Origin: a virus | Lineage: Duplodnaviria > Caudoviricetes | DNA: 53,215 nt | Direction: 5' to 3' (one strand) | IMG/VR virus record: IMGVR_UViG_3300042924_001821 | Location: 1 to 53,215 of that record | Part shown: positions 30,030 through 38,634 of the stretch, one piece after another | Layout of the letters: each line of letters begins with the position of its first letter | Position numbering within the stretch: the stretch's first letter is position 1 | Notes under the pieces: model-generated | What the model was told of the DNA's origin: nothing | What the model saw: the letters and a program-made list of their open reading frames with translations, nothing else | Database searches by the model: none | Position numbers and translations under genes: made by a program

Positions 30030-30311
30030 ATGTCAGAACCAACACAACAAAACGAAACATCCAAAACAATTCTTGAGGCTTTTAGCTTCATCAAATGTGA
30101 GGATGAGAAACTAAACGAACGAGTCCACGCTATGGCGAGTCTCTTACATACAGCAGCGATGATGGTAGTCCGATCTGAATCCCGCAAGGGTGAAGGGTTT
30201 GAAGCTATCCGCTACTTGGAAACGGCATTCCTTTACTATAAGGAGTCCCAATTCCGCAAGCGATTCGATAAGGAAGAGGAGAAAGAAGAGCCTTCTCGCA
30301 TCGTAACCTAA
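30030..30311 (+). CDS. Hypothetical protein
   Basis: TAATTTATG junction; last gene before terminator. Confidence 0.6.
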   Translation: MSEPTQQNETSKTILEAFSFIKCEDEKLNERVHAMASLLHTAAMMVVRSESRKGEGFEAIRYLETAFLYYKESQFRKRFDKEEEKEEPSRIVT

Positions 30312-30324
30312 CCATCAAGACAAC

Positions 30325-30370
30325 AAAAAAGCCCACCTTGGATTTCTCCTTGGTGGGCTTCTTGCTTTTT
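30325..30370. terminator. Bidirectional intrinsic terminator
   Basis: A6-GCCCACC...GGTGGGC-TT between convergent operons. Confidence 0.75.
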
Positions 30371-30374
30371 AGAA

Positions 30375-31997
30375 TCAGATTAACTCTTCTTCTTTTGGAG
30401 CTAATGTAATAGTTGGATCGACCTCGCCATCTGCGAGGACATCAAGCCGCTTGAGTTTAGTGTCCAATTTCTCACAGATAGATTCCTCGATAGGAACACC
30501 AGCCGCGTATATGAGATACTGGATTGAACGGGATTTTCCACCTGCTCTATGCACTCGACCCAATACCTGCTTGGTGTCGAAAATTGAAGGGCAAGGCATA
30601 ATTAGCGCAACTCGTGGATGGTTGCCGTTTAGATCGTGGAGGTTTAATCCTTCACGGCAGGCTTGGATTTGTCCGATAATGACTCGGCTCTTATCATTCT
30701 GGAACGAATCAATTTTGCCCCGGCGTTCAATCTCGTTCTGTCCTCCGAAGATAGCGCAATCAGTCTTCAGTTCTTCCATGAGCCATGCGCGGGTTTCGCT
30801 GTAATTGACTGCAATGAACACCGAATTGCCTTCTTCGATTAAATCACGCGCCATTGCCGCCACCGCTGGAGCTTTGAGGGCTTCGATCCTCTGCCTTGCA
30901 CGGGTCTGTTCTGCCAGCACATTTGCCGAAAAATTTTCTTGCATCCTCAACTCTTCGATGCGGTTACATAAATCTTCGTATTCACCAGCAATCTTTCGAG
31001 CATTGTCCATGTCGAAGGCTTTAGCTTTGATTAACGTTTCAGGGAACGCATCACCAAGGTCTGAATGCCTCAGACGATTACCTTTTTCGGGATAAATTCG
31101 GCTATGCAACTTCTTTAGGACTGAATAACCTCCGGTGAACTGCATTCCAAAGCGGGTCTTCCTGCATCCGTTCTGACTGAGGAAACGGAAATAATCTTTC
31201 CCGCCTTGGTGAAGACCGAGGAACTGACCAATCGCCCATAACTTTGTTGGATCATCGGCAATGGTAGCAGACAGAGCAATGGCAGGGATATTCTGAACTA
31301 CTGAATCCCGAACGAGGAAAGCGTTCTGGGTAGCTTCACCTTTACCGCGATGAACCTCATCGAATACCAGAAGGACATCTTCGGGCAGCATGAAGCGGAA
31401 TGTCTTTTTGTTCTCGTCTGTCCAGCGTCCGAGTTGAGACTTACCAGTTTTCGCCCACTCCCAGCCACAAATCTCAAAGACCTCAACGCCCATCATCTTC
31501 GCGGCACGATGCCAGTCAGTAGTGATAGGCTTCGGACAGACTACCGCAATGCGTTTGCCTAACTCCCGTGCAATACCCAAGGCGCAGAAGGTTTTACCAA
31601 CGCCTGTGGAGTGACCCAAAAGAACGCGATTGTATTTGTTCATGGAGGCAACGCCCATCTGGACGGAGGTTTGCTGATACTCAAACAAGCCTTCGGGGTG
31701 GAGAAGCGGAATCAGATTAAGTTCTGGCTCTACCTCAGTCTGAGTATCGGTTACGATAATCTGCTTAAACTTGAGTTGATCGTCTGACCAATGGGTTAGT
31801 TGCCATTCTTCGCGGAACTTGCCAAGCTGGATACCAGCATCGGACATTTGCTTTTTAAATAGTTCCTTGTCCTCACCATAGACTTTCCAGAAAGCCTGAG
31901 TGATAGGGGCTTTCTTGAGGAGTCGAACGCCTCGCTTTGTGTTTAGTTGAATGGGATGCGACCACTCAACTGTTGCCATCAAATCATTTATGTTCAT
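30375..31997 (-). CDS. Superfamily 2 helicase
   Basis: STGVGKT (Walker A), DEVH, SAT, EGLNL, QVLGRVHRAG motifs. Confidence 0.9.
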   Translation of the reverse strand: MNINDLMATVEWSHPIQLNTKRGVRLLKKAPITQAFWKVYGEDKELFKKQMSDAGIQLGKFREEWQLTHWSDDQLKFKQIIVTDTQTEVEPELNLIPLLHPEGLFEYQQTSVQMGVASMNKYNRVLLGHSTGVGKTFCALGIARELGKRIAVVCPKPITTDWHRAAKMMGVEVFEICGWEWAKTGKSQLGRWTDENKKTFRFMLPEDVLLVFDEVHRGKGEATQNAFLVRDSVVQNIPAIALSATIADDPTKLWAIGQFLGLHQGGKDYFRFLSQNGCRKTRFGMQFTGGYSVLKKLHSRIYPEKGNRLRHSDLGDAFPETLIKAKAFDMDNARKIAGEYEDLCNRIEELRMQENFSANVLAEQTRARQRIEALKAPAVAAMARDLIEEGNSVFIAVNYSETRAWLMEELKTDCAIFGGQNEIERRGKIDSFQNDKSRVIIGQIQACREGLNLHDLNGNHPRVALIMPCPSIFDTKQVLGRVHRAGGKSRSIQYLIYAAGVPIEESICEKLDTKLKRLDVLADGEVDPTITLAPKEEELI

Positions 31998-32572
31998 TTT
32001 TCGATTTCAGCAATGAGTTGAGCGAGTTGTCCTGCTGTCAATTCACAGGGACGGCGAATGATAACCTTCTTGCCCCTTACTTGGTAGAGAGCAGAAGGCG
32101 ATTGAAGAACATCTTTAATTTCAGCAATGCTACGCTTGTCTTCAAGGTAAGCTCTTTGTGCGCCAATAGACCGGACTTGATCTCCGTCAAAGGCTTGCTT
32201 GCATTGGGCGGTTGTCATGTTCTCAGGCTTAACCATGAGAGTTGAGGACTCCTTACCTTGCATGACAAGTAACTCAACAGCACCCTCAACGATTCGCTTT
32301 TGCTCGGAGTAAGGCAGGCGAATCAAATGACGAGCAGCGGGGTAGTCTGCTACCAACAAGCGAGGGAATAATTGCTTCCTCCCTAACTGTTCAAAGCGGG
32401 TTACAATGTCCTCAGTCAGAAACTCCGAGGCTTCTGCAATTTCTTGAATCGTCATATTCTGGTTGTCCAAAAGGTTGACGATGATTTCTCCTGCTTTTGA
32501 CCAGCACTCAATGCCTTGGGCAACGAGGCTGACGAATTCATTTACTTGGTTGTTTTGTATTTCGGTATTCAT
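31994..32572 (-). CDS. Hypothetical protein
   Basis: 192 aa ORF coupled to the helicase gene. Confidence 0.65.
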   Translation of the reverse strand: MNTEIQNNQVNEFVSLVAQGIECWSKAGEIIVNLLDNQNMTIQEIAEASEFLTEDIVTRFEQLGRKQLFPRLLVADYPAARHLIRLPYSEQKRIVEGAVELLVMQGKESSTLMVKPENMTTAQCKQAFDGDQVRSIGAQRAYLEDKRSIAEIKDVLQSPSALYQVRGKKVIIRRPCELTAGQLAQLIAEIEK

Positions 32573-32577
32573 TTTAT

Positions 32578-33258
32578 TTATTTGGTTTTGGTTTTATTCA
32601 GATGCGCCATTGCACCTAAAGTTTTGAAGAAAAGAATCGTTGATTCTTTAATTGGTTTAAGTTTTTTCAGTTTTCTTGCAGCGGATTTTACGATTGATAA
32701 TTTTGATATAAAATTATCTGAATCCATAAATTCGCGGTGATTTCGAATCCCATAAATTTCTGCAATTTCTCCAGAAACGAACGAGGTTTTTGATTTTACT
32801 CTCATTAAATCCCAAAATGGAGCATCGCCTGCGATATGAAAACCTTTCCCATTTACGCTTCTTTTAGGGATGCGACGAAAAAGCCAAGGGCGTTTAGAGT
32901 ATTTGATTTCTTTATTATCTTCATATTGCCATACTAATCCAGTGGAAGGACAAATATATGGAGGATTGCATACAACGCATTCGGTTATCTCTCCGAGTGG
33001 TTGATTGTAGAAGGAAAATGGCTCCTCAAAATCTGAAGGCTCAATTTCCTTATCAAATGCAGCGTAAAGTTTTCGGTAAATTTTTTTATCAGGTGAATTG
33101 ATATAATTCACAGCTTGAATTGCCCGAAATGATGGGTATGGAGCATCGCCCCAATGCGAGGTTGATCGTTGAGAGGCTACTTTCTCTTCATCTTTGAATA
33201 TCACTCTATCATAATGAATATAGGTTTTGGCAAACCTTGGGTATAAAACCAACTTCAT
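32578..33258 (-). CDS. Hypothetical protein (AT-rich)
   Basis: 226 aa ORF in operon. Confidence 0.6.
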   Translation of the reverse strand: MKLVLYPRFAKTYIHYDRVIFKDEEKVASQRSTSHWGDAPYPSFRAIQAVNYINSPDKKIYRKLYAAFDKEIEPSDFEEPFSFYNQPLGEITECVVCNPPYICPSTGLVWQYEDNKEIKYSKRPWLFRRIPKRSVNGKGFHIAGDAPFWDLMRVKSKTSFVSGEIAEIYGIRNHREFMDSDNFISKLSIVKSAARKLKKLKPIKESTILFFKTLGAMAHLNKTKTK

Positions 33259-33443
33259 CGTGTCCTCCTTGCGTTATCTAAAGCGCGGCGGCACTGCATC
33301 ATCAAGAGCGTGTCGCCATCTCCATAAGCATCCAGAACGGCTTCCAAGGCTTCCATCATCTCCCGCTTCACCGACTCCCCACTAAGTGGAGAGTCTTTGA
33401 ATCTGAAGAGGGGTTTCTGTTTGTGCATGGTAAATGTTCTCAT
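33255..33443 (-). CDS. Hypothetical protein
   Basis: ATGA-coupled small ORF. Confidence 0.55.
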   Translation of the reverse strand: MRTFTMHKQKPLFRFKDSPLSGESVKREMMEALEAVLDAYGDGDTLLMMQCRRALDNARRTR

Positions 33444-33592
33444 TTTTTGAATGGGATGGATTTGATGTTTTTGTTAGGATATACAGTTGACCGAAACTTA
33501 GGCATCTCGGCGGATTTCTCTGCTTTCTGCCAAAGGCGAATGTAAACCTCCGGTGGAAGGCAAGTTGACTCTGTTTTTTCTGTGTAACTCAT
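33440..33592 (-). CDS. Hypothetical protein (50 aa, not in ORF track)
   Basis: MSYTEKTESTCLPPEVYIRLW...; A/C-rich leader; ATGA-coupled. Confidence 0.55.
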   Translation of the reverse strand: MSYTEKTESTCLPPEVYIRLWQKAEKSAEMPKFRSTVYPNKNIKSIPFKK

Positions 33593-33682
33593 GTTATGTT
33601 ATTGGTTTATGTTTGGTTTATGTTGTTGTGTTGTGGAGGGAAAACTATTGACAAGCGGAAAGGCATGGAATAAGTAAACTGC

Positions 33683-34246
33683 ATGAAGCAAGAATACAAC
33701 GCCGAGACACTCGGAACGAGAAGGCGCAAATGGGATGTTGCGAAGATAGAGCAATTATACATGGCAGGCGCGGAGTTGGGTGACATTCTCAAGACTCCTG
33801 AGTTTTCCAAGTTGTCGAAGAACTATCTGAAGAACCTGATGGTGCAAGGAAAGTGGATAGCAAAGCGAATCAAACTGCGTGAAGAGGTAGCCAATACACT
33901 TGCGCCCCGCATGGAGGACATCATGCGGCAAGAGACGGAGAATCATTACAACTTCATGTTGCAACAGATTTCCGAGGAGAGAAAACAGATTGAAATAAGG
34001 AACAAATCGGGGAACATTAAAGACCAGTCCGCTCGCCTCGATGTATTGGCACAATATGAGAAAATGGCAACGAGAGCTTTGGGGTTGGACGAGAATAATC
34101 TTCACGACAGAAAGGGTTTAAACATTAACGCCATGATCAGTCTCCATGTGGAGGGGCCAAAGAAAGCAGTCGATATTGATATTGTTCCTGTGGAATGTTC
34201 CGATGCTGTGGAGGGGCAGATAGAACCCGCCGAAAAGGAACAATGA
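33683..34246 (+). CDS. Putative terminase small subunit
   Basis: KWDVAKIEQLYMAG...KW HTH-like N-terminus followed by helical region ending RALGLD, the usual TerS layout; TTGACA at 33648. Confidence 0.55.
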   Translation: MKQEYNAETLGTRRRKWDVAKIEQLYMAGAELGDILKTPEFSKLSKNYLKNLMVQGKWIAKRIKLREEVANTLAPRMEDIMRQETENHYNFMLQQISEERKQIEIRNKSGNIKDQSARLDVLAQYEKMATRALGLDENNLHDRKGLNINAMISLHVEGPKKAVDIDIVPVECSDAVEGQIEPAEKEQ

Positions 34247-34324
34247 TGTAGTGAAAAGTATGTCACAAAAATCTGTGGACAAAAGGCAGAATAGGATTGG
34301 ACTATTTCCGCCCCTTGTGGAGGG

Positions 34325-34549
34325 TTATTTATAGACTGAGCCGAGACTTTCCAGATAACGATACATGGGCGTGCCGATAGGAATCATTCTGTGAACCCCG
34401 TCGCGCCTTATCCATTCGCAATCCTGTAGCTTGCCATTAACGTCATACCACGCCGAGCAATGGCCGGAAAAGTATGGGGATGTTATCTTGTGGAGGGCGA
34501 ATCGTCCAAGAATCCCACCAGCGGGGAAGGTGACTTTTTGGATTTTCAT
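34325..34549 (-). CDS. Early-region hypothetical protein
   Basis: Coupled small ORF. Confidence 0.55.
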   Translation of the reverse strand: MKIQKVTFPAGGILGRFALHKITSPYFSGHCSAWYDVNGKLQDCEWIRRDGVHRMIPIGTPMYRYLESLGSVYK

Positions 34550-34905
34550 TTTGTTTTGAGGTTTTTAGGGATAAGTGCCAGTGTGTTTCTGCCTTCAGAA
34601 ATGACATTGCGAACCATTTGGGAAAAGTAAGAGCCAACGCCATTTTGTCTTTTAACTCCAAGATGGTCGCGGAAATCCCGTGTGTTTTCATAAATACACT
34701 GCCCAAGATAATCATTGGCAATTTCCATTCCGCGAAAGGAGAGTGTAGCCCTTACCGCAAAGCAAAGCCAATCTCCGCGTTCAATCGCTTTTTGCGTTTC
34801 TCCGGTTTCATCGAAGGAAAAGTCAGTAAAAGGCTCTTCCATTGCGTCAACTGATACGCTAAAATTGCGAGTGTTGAAGGTATATATATTTTCGAGTGTT
34901 TGCAT
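34546..34905 (-). CDS. Early-region hypothetical protein
   Basis: 119 aa; IERGDWLCFAV...DYLGQCIY. Confidence 0.65.
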   Translation of the reverse strand: MQTLENIYTFNTRNFSVSVDAMEEPFTDFSFDETGETQKAIERGDWLCFAVRATLSFRGMEIANDYLGQCIYENTRDFRDHLGVKRQNGVGSYFSQMVRNVISEGRNTLALIPKNLKTK

Positions 34906-34926
34906 AATGTTATTCTGTTGAGTGTT

Positions 34927-35130
34927 TTATTTTACTTTTCCGCCATTTTTGCCGCATTTTCCATCAATATAATCAAGCCAGCGTTGGCGATTAAAGTTTG
35001 GATTTTGACTCGCGCAAAAATCCGCAAGTTCAAGAATTGCGGAGCGTGAAAAAGTCCCTTGTGAGGAACGGTCTTGTGGAGCGGAGGCAATGATAACATC
35101 AGCCAATGCGATTAGGGTTTTTTTAGTCAT
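34927..35130 (-). CDS. Early-region hypothetical protein
   Basis: LADFCASQNPNFNRQRW motif. Confidence 0.65.
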   Translation of the reverse strand: MTKKTLIALADVIIASAPQDRSSQGTFSRSAILELADFCASQNPNFNRQRWLDYIDGKCGKNGGKVK

Positions 35131-35173
35131 ATTATTTATTAGGTTTTTGGTTTGTTGTGTTGTGGAGGGAAAA

Positions 35174-35416
35174 CTAAGCTATTTCGAGCATGATTTTTTT
35201 AAGGGCCGTATCAATATGTTCATCGTTTGCATAGGCATACAAATCCGAAAGAATACCGCCATATTTTGCGGCATGGAAAGCATCCCAGCGGAGGCGCATT
35301 TCGACATCTTTGGATTTACCTTCTACAATTATAGCTTCTCTATGCTTTGCAAAATGCTCTTTTAGTGGAGCGATTGCATTTTTTAGTATAGTGTAATGTT
35401 CGGGTTTTATTTTCAT
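35174..35416 (-). CDS. Early-region hypothetical protein
   Basis: Start MKIKPEHY after A/C-rich leader; RLRWD...NDEHIDTALK. Confidence 0.65.
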   Translation of the reverse strand: MKIKPEHYTILKNAIAPLKEHFAKHREAIIVEGKSKDVEMRLRWDAFHAAKYGGILSDLYAYANDEHIDTALKKIMLEIA

Positions 35417-35609
35417 GTTGTGTTGTGTTATGGTTTGGCGTTGTGGAGGGAAAATCAGTGTGGAGGGATTATCGGAAACGATCAAAGCCGCAAGAATGCG
35501 CGAAAGAAAAGAGGAATGGCATAGTAGCGGAGAGAGAATAAAAGAGAGGATGCGGGGCAAATAGGGCAAAGCGGGATCGGATCGGACGAAACCCGCAATG
35601 CGTAAGAGG

Positions 35610-35720
35610 CTACAACAAGACGAATATCAGGATTGCGCCAATTGTGGAGAGTGTAAGCAAAAGACCGAAAAAGCGGGATTTTGCGCGGTTGTATTGGAAA
35701 GAAGAGGATAGTTTATTCAT
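35610..35720 (-). CDS. Small single-pass membrane protein (36 aa, not in ORF track)
   Basis: MNKLSSSFQYNRAKSRFFGLLLTLSTIGAILIFVLL. Confidence 0.45.
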   Translation of the reverse strand: MNKLSSSFQYNRAKSRFFGLLLTLSTIGAILIFVLL

Positions 35721-35724
35721 TAGA

Positions 35725-35919
35725 TTAGATTTTTTCAGAGTAATTTTCTACAAGCCATTGGTAAGCCTCCGATTCTCTTAGCTCCTCAGATAGTGAGGAG
35801 GAGAAATTAGAGGGACGAAGGCGGGAAATGAGACGATAGCCTCTTGACCACTGGCCACTGTGATAATCCATGCAAAATTGCGCCAATTCAAAATAATATT
35901 CTTTAGATAGTTTTTTCAT
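35725..35919 (-). CDS. Early-region hypothetical protein
   Basis: DYHSGQWSRGY motif. Confidence 0.6.
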   Translation of the reverse strand: MKKLSKEYYFELAQFCMDYHSGQWSRGYRLISRLRPSNFSSSLSEELRESEAYQWLVENYSEKI

Positions 35920-35970
35920 GATATTATATAAGAGAAAAGCGGCGAAGGGTCGAACTTGCCGCATTTTGGA

Positions 35971-36321
35971 TTAAAACGAGGAGACGATAATCCCGCCTTC
36001 AAATTCGATTAGCTGCCCGTGGTCTTGAATATATTCGCGTATTTTCTCATCAAGCTCACTCTCATCAGCCTCATAATCGCATTTCACATTATCCCGCCAA
36101 TTATCATGCGCGAAGTAGTCATTCGCCCATTCTACAAGGGAATCATGCTCAGAGAAGTCGCAGCGGATGGCGACATAATCAAATTCTAATTCCTCTCCGG
36201 TGCTCTCCTCATATTCTTCCAAGTATTCAACCAAGGCACGCGCACCAGCATAAGACCAGTTTGCATTTTTGTCGTTAAATAGGATGTCTGCCGCTTCTGA
36301 AGTGGATAATGTTGTTTTCAT
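35971..36321 (-). CDS. Strongly acidic early protein, possible DNA mimic
   Basis: Very Asp/Glu-rich with aromatic residues; near the start of the early operon. Confidence 0.6.
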   Translation of the reverse strand: MKTTLSTSEAADILFNDKNANWSYAGARALVEYLEEYEESTGEELEFDYVAIRCDFSEHDSLVEWANDYFAHDNWRDNVKCDYEADESELDEKIREYIQDHGQLIEFEGGIIVSSF

Positions 36322-36377
36322 GTTGTTAGTGTATTCTATTGTGTTTTAGGTTTAGGTTTAGGTTATAGGGGGAAATC

Positions 36378-36647
36378 TCAGCCAGCGTATGCAGATTCGA
36401 TGCGTTTGCCAGAATGATCGCAAGTAAGCTCGCCGTCTTCCCAGTTCGCGTCACAGCCGACAACCCGCCAGCCGTCATTGACTTCGTTTTTAATAGACCA
36501 AAGGACGGAGCGAAAATTCTCCTTCACGCTATCAAAAGAAAGCGCGGCCCCGTCTGAAGTGATAAAGAATAAGGGATAGCAACCGGGGAAGCTATAAGCT
36601 CCCGAACGAATCGCGTTTTTCAAGTCTGTAGTATTTGTGATATTCAT
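36378..36647 (-). CDS. Early-region hypothetical protein
   Basis: GCYPLFFITSDG...NWED..LTCDHSGKRIESAY. Confidence 0.7.
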   Translation of the reverse strand: MNITNTTDLKNAIRSGAYSFPGCYPLFFITSDGAALSFDSVKENFRSVLWSIKNEVNDGWRVVGCDANWEDGELTCDHSGKRIESAYAG

Positions 36648-36754
36648 TTTTTCTTTTGTTCGAGTTGTTGGATTTTTAGTCTGAGCGCATGGATTTTTTT
36701 TGCGTCCGTCATAGAAGCAAGTTTGATCCTTAACGCATAGGTTTGCTTATTCAT
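36644..36754 (-). CDS. Small basic protein (36 aa, not in ORF track)
   Basis: MNKQTYALRIKLASMTDAKK...; ATGA-coupled to the next gene. Confidence 0.45.
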   Translation of the reverse strand: MNKQTYALRIKLASMTDAKKIHALRLKIQQLEQKKK

Positions 36755-36872
36755 TGGATTGATTCGCACACTATCAAAAGACAGGAGCGAAAAGTTTTTT
36801 TAGTCAAAGATCAATTTGTGATTCAGTCCGCAGAGCCTTATTCTAAGGGCTTCCGCAGTCAGCACGGGAAAC

Positions 36873-36900
36873 AAGATACTACATTGTGCGAATATGTCAA
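36873..36900 (-). promoter_or_regulatory. Sigma70-like early promoter
   Basis: Minus strand TTGACA-N16-TATCTT with an A tract upstream. Confidence 0.6.
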
Positions 36901-37614
36901 CAGATTTTTTTTGACAAAATAAAAAAAGGTATAAGCAAATCGCGTGCCACTGCTATATAGCCATACAGCGATAGAGTCAGATCAACATATCATGATATGA
37001 AGATATGTTCATTGGATATTATATCGCCAAATCGTTATATCGCCAAACAGCGATATTTGCCATATTGCGTATGGCTTTGTAATTCTCGCCATGATGGAAT
37101 CGGTTTTCTGGTCATCGCTCGAAAGTGCGATTGCACCCATTTTCACCCCATAGCATAGCCCCGCTCTATTCAATCAACGCAATCCTACGCCAACCTCGCG
37201 CAAAGATTATTGCAACTTGCTTGCATTATTTCATCTTCTTATTGAGAATAATATATTCTGATAATATCAGTAATAAGTCCCGACGCTTTTTGAGTCTCAA
37301 TAAGCCAGACATCATTGGCAATCGGCTCGGCTTGTCATCACTCATCATATATACTATGCACCACGCTGCACGCTGCCACGCTGTGAGACTGTACTAAGCA
37401 GGGGCGCTGTGAGCATAGGCGGGCCGCGGGACTCCAAGGAATCTCTTTTCTTATGGAGCGGCGATGCCATCACCCCTCTACCCCATGCACCCCGTGCGCG
37501 TAACTCCCAATGCGGAAAACCCCTCTCCTTAGAAAAACTGCTATTTTTAGTAATGCGTATATCTATACTTCGCTCCCATGCAGTTACGTTGACCTATATT
37601 ATCGTTACCGATAA

Positions 37615-37896
37615 TTACTCATCTTCAAATTTTGATATTTGAGAAGCACACTTAGCGTATCCTGCTATATCTACATAGGTATCCCGTGTTGGGGTGTAGC
37701 ACGCTCTTGCTAATTTTAGAATAATCATCATGTGTGCTACGTCCAAGGCTGAGAGTGGGGCATTTGGGTCTTTGCGGGATGCTATATACCAGTTCCATCC
37801 ATCTGCTATTCTTTTATGGTTTGGTGTGGCTTTATCGTAGTCGCGGCGACGGTCGCCTGTTGTTACTTCAATTGCTGTTTCGAGGATGCTGTTCAT
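37615..37896 (-). CDS. DUF6378-like protein
   Basis: GDRRRDY...N..RIA..W..Y...DVAHMMIILKLAR...DTYVDIAGYA. Confidence 0.7.
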   Translation of the reverse strand: MNSILETAIEVTTGDRRRDYDKATPNHKRIADGWNWYIASRKDPNAPLSALDVAHMMIILKLARACYTPTRDTYVDIAGYAKCASQISKFEDE

Positions 37897-38438
37897 TGTT
37901 CGCAGGAGTAGATGGTATCTTGGAGTTTGAGTTTTGGGAGGGTGGGGAGGGTGTAGGAGTTATCTTGGAAGGTTATTCTATTTGTTGGTTGGATGGTTAG
38001 TCTTCCGTTGTTTAGTTGGGCGAAGATGAATTCTTTGTCTTGTTCTGGGCTATCTGACCAGCCGTCGTTTAGGTGGGTGGTGGAGAATAGGTATTTACCT
38101 TTGTAGGTATTTGGGCCGATCTTCGCGGTTATGGGGAGTCCTGATAGGATTGGGTTCTGTAGTATTGAGAAGTTGTATGAGTAGCAGTCCCAGAGTTGGC
38201 TTTCTTCTATGCGCCAGTTTTCGATTGAGTTCTCTTTGAATCTTACTGCGTTTGGTGGCAGGTTTCTGTAGAGTGCGCCGCCTTCTCTTAGGATTACGTT
38301 TATTCCCCATGCTCTACTTGGGATGCTTGTTAGTCCTACCCACATAGCTTCTACTGGCCCGATTGGTTTTTCGTGGGTATATTCGCTATCTATCCAGATG
38401 TAGCGATGGGTTGGTAGTGCGCCGATTTTTGTATTCAT
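37893..38438 (-). CDS. Hypothetical phage protein
   Basis: 181 aa; GALYRNLP, QLWDCYS, QPTNR. Confidence 0.7.
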   Translation of the reverse strand: MNTKIGALPTHRYIWIDSEYTHEKPIGPVEAMWVGLTSIPSRAWGINVILREGGALYRNLPPNAVRFKENSIENWRIEESQLWDCYSYNFSILQNPILSGLPITAKIGPNTYKGKYLFSTTHLNDGWSDSPEQDKEFIFAQLNNGRLTIQPTNRITFQDNSYTLPTLPKLKLQDTIYSCEQ

Positions 38439-38550
38439 ATTATCGTGAGAGTCCCAGTTTTATGTGATTACTGGAATGGTTTACTTACTGACCAGAGGTT
38501 GACCCGCCAAGGTTTATCCCCCGCCACAATGCCACGTTATTGCTCTCAAA

Positions 38551-38634
38551 TTACCTTCTCGTTGTTGTTTCTACTATGAAGCAGGCTACTACTATGCTCC
38601 ATGCTAAGATTATTGCTGCTATCTGGTCGTTCAT
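38551..38634 (-). CDS. Small membrane peptide (27 aa, not in ORF track)
   Basis: MNDQIAAIILAWSIVVACFIVETTTRR; ATGA-coupled. Confidence 0.4.
   Translation of the reverse strand: MNDQIAAIILAWSIVVACFIVETTTRR

Larger units (their letters stand above)
33632..35467 (+). repeat. Cluster of 8 exact co-oriented TGTGGAGGG motifs
   Basis: Starts at 33632, 34147, 34207, 34316, 34489, 35161, 35442, 35459; variants at 35075 and 35643. Confidence 0.8.

Noticed and set aside
37125-37642. Plus-strand ORFs in the non-coding block
   Set aside because: Non-ATG starts, atypical composition, no recognisable motifs
38440-38550. tRNA gene
   Set aside because: No T-loop GTTC motif, no proper acceptor stem or CCA
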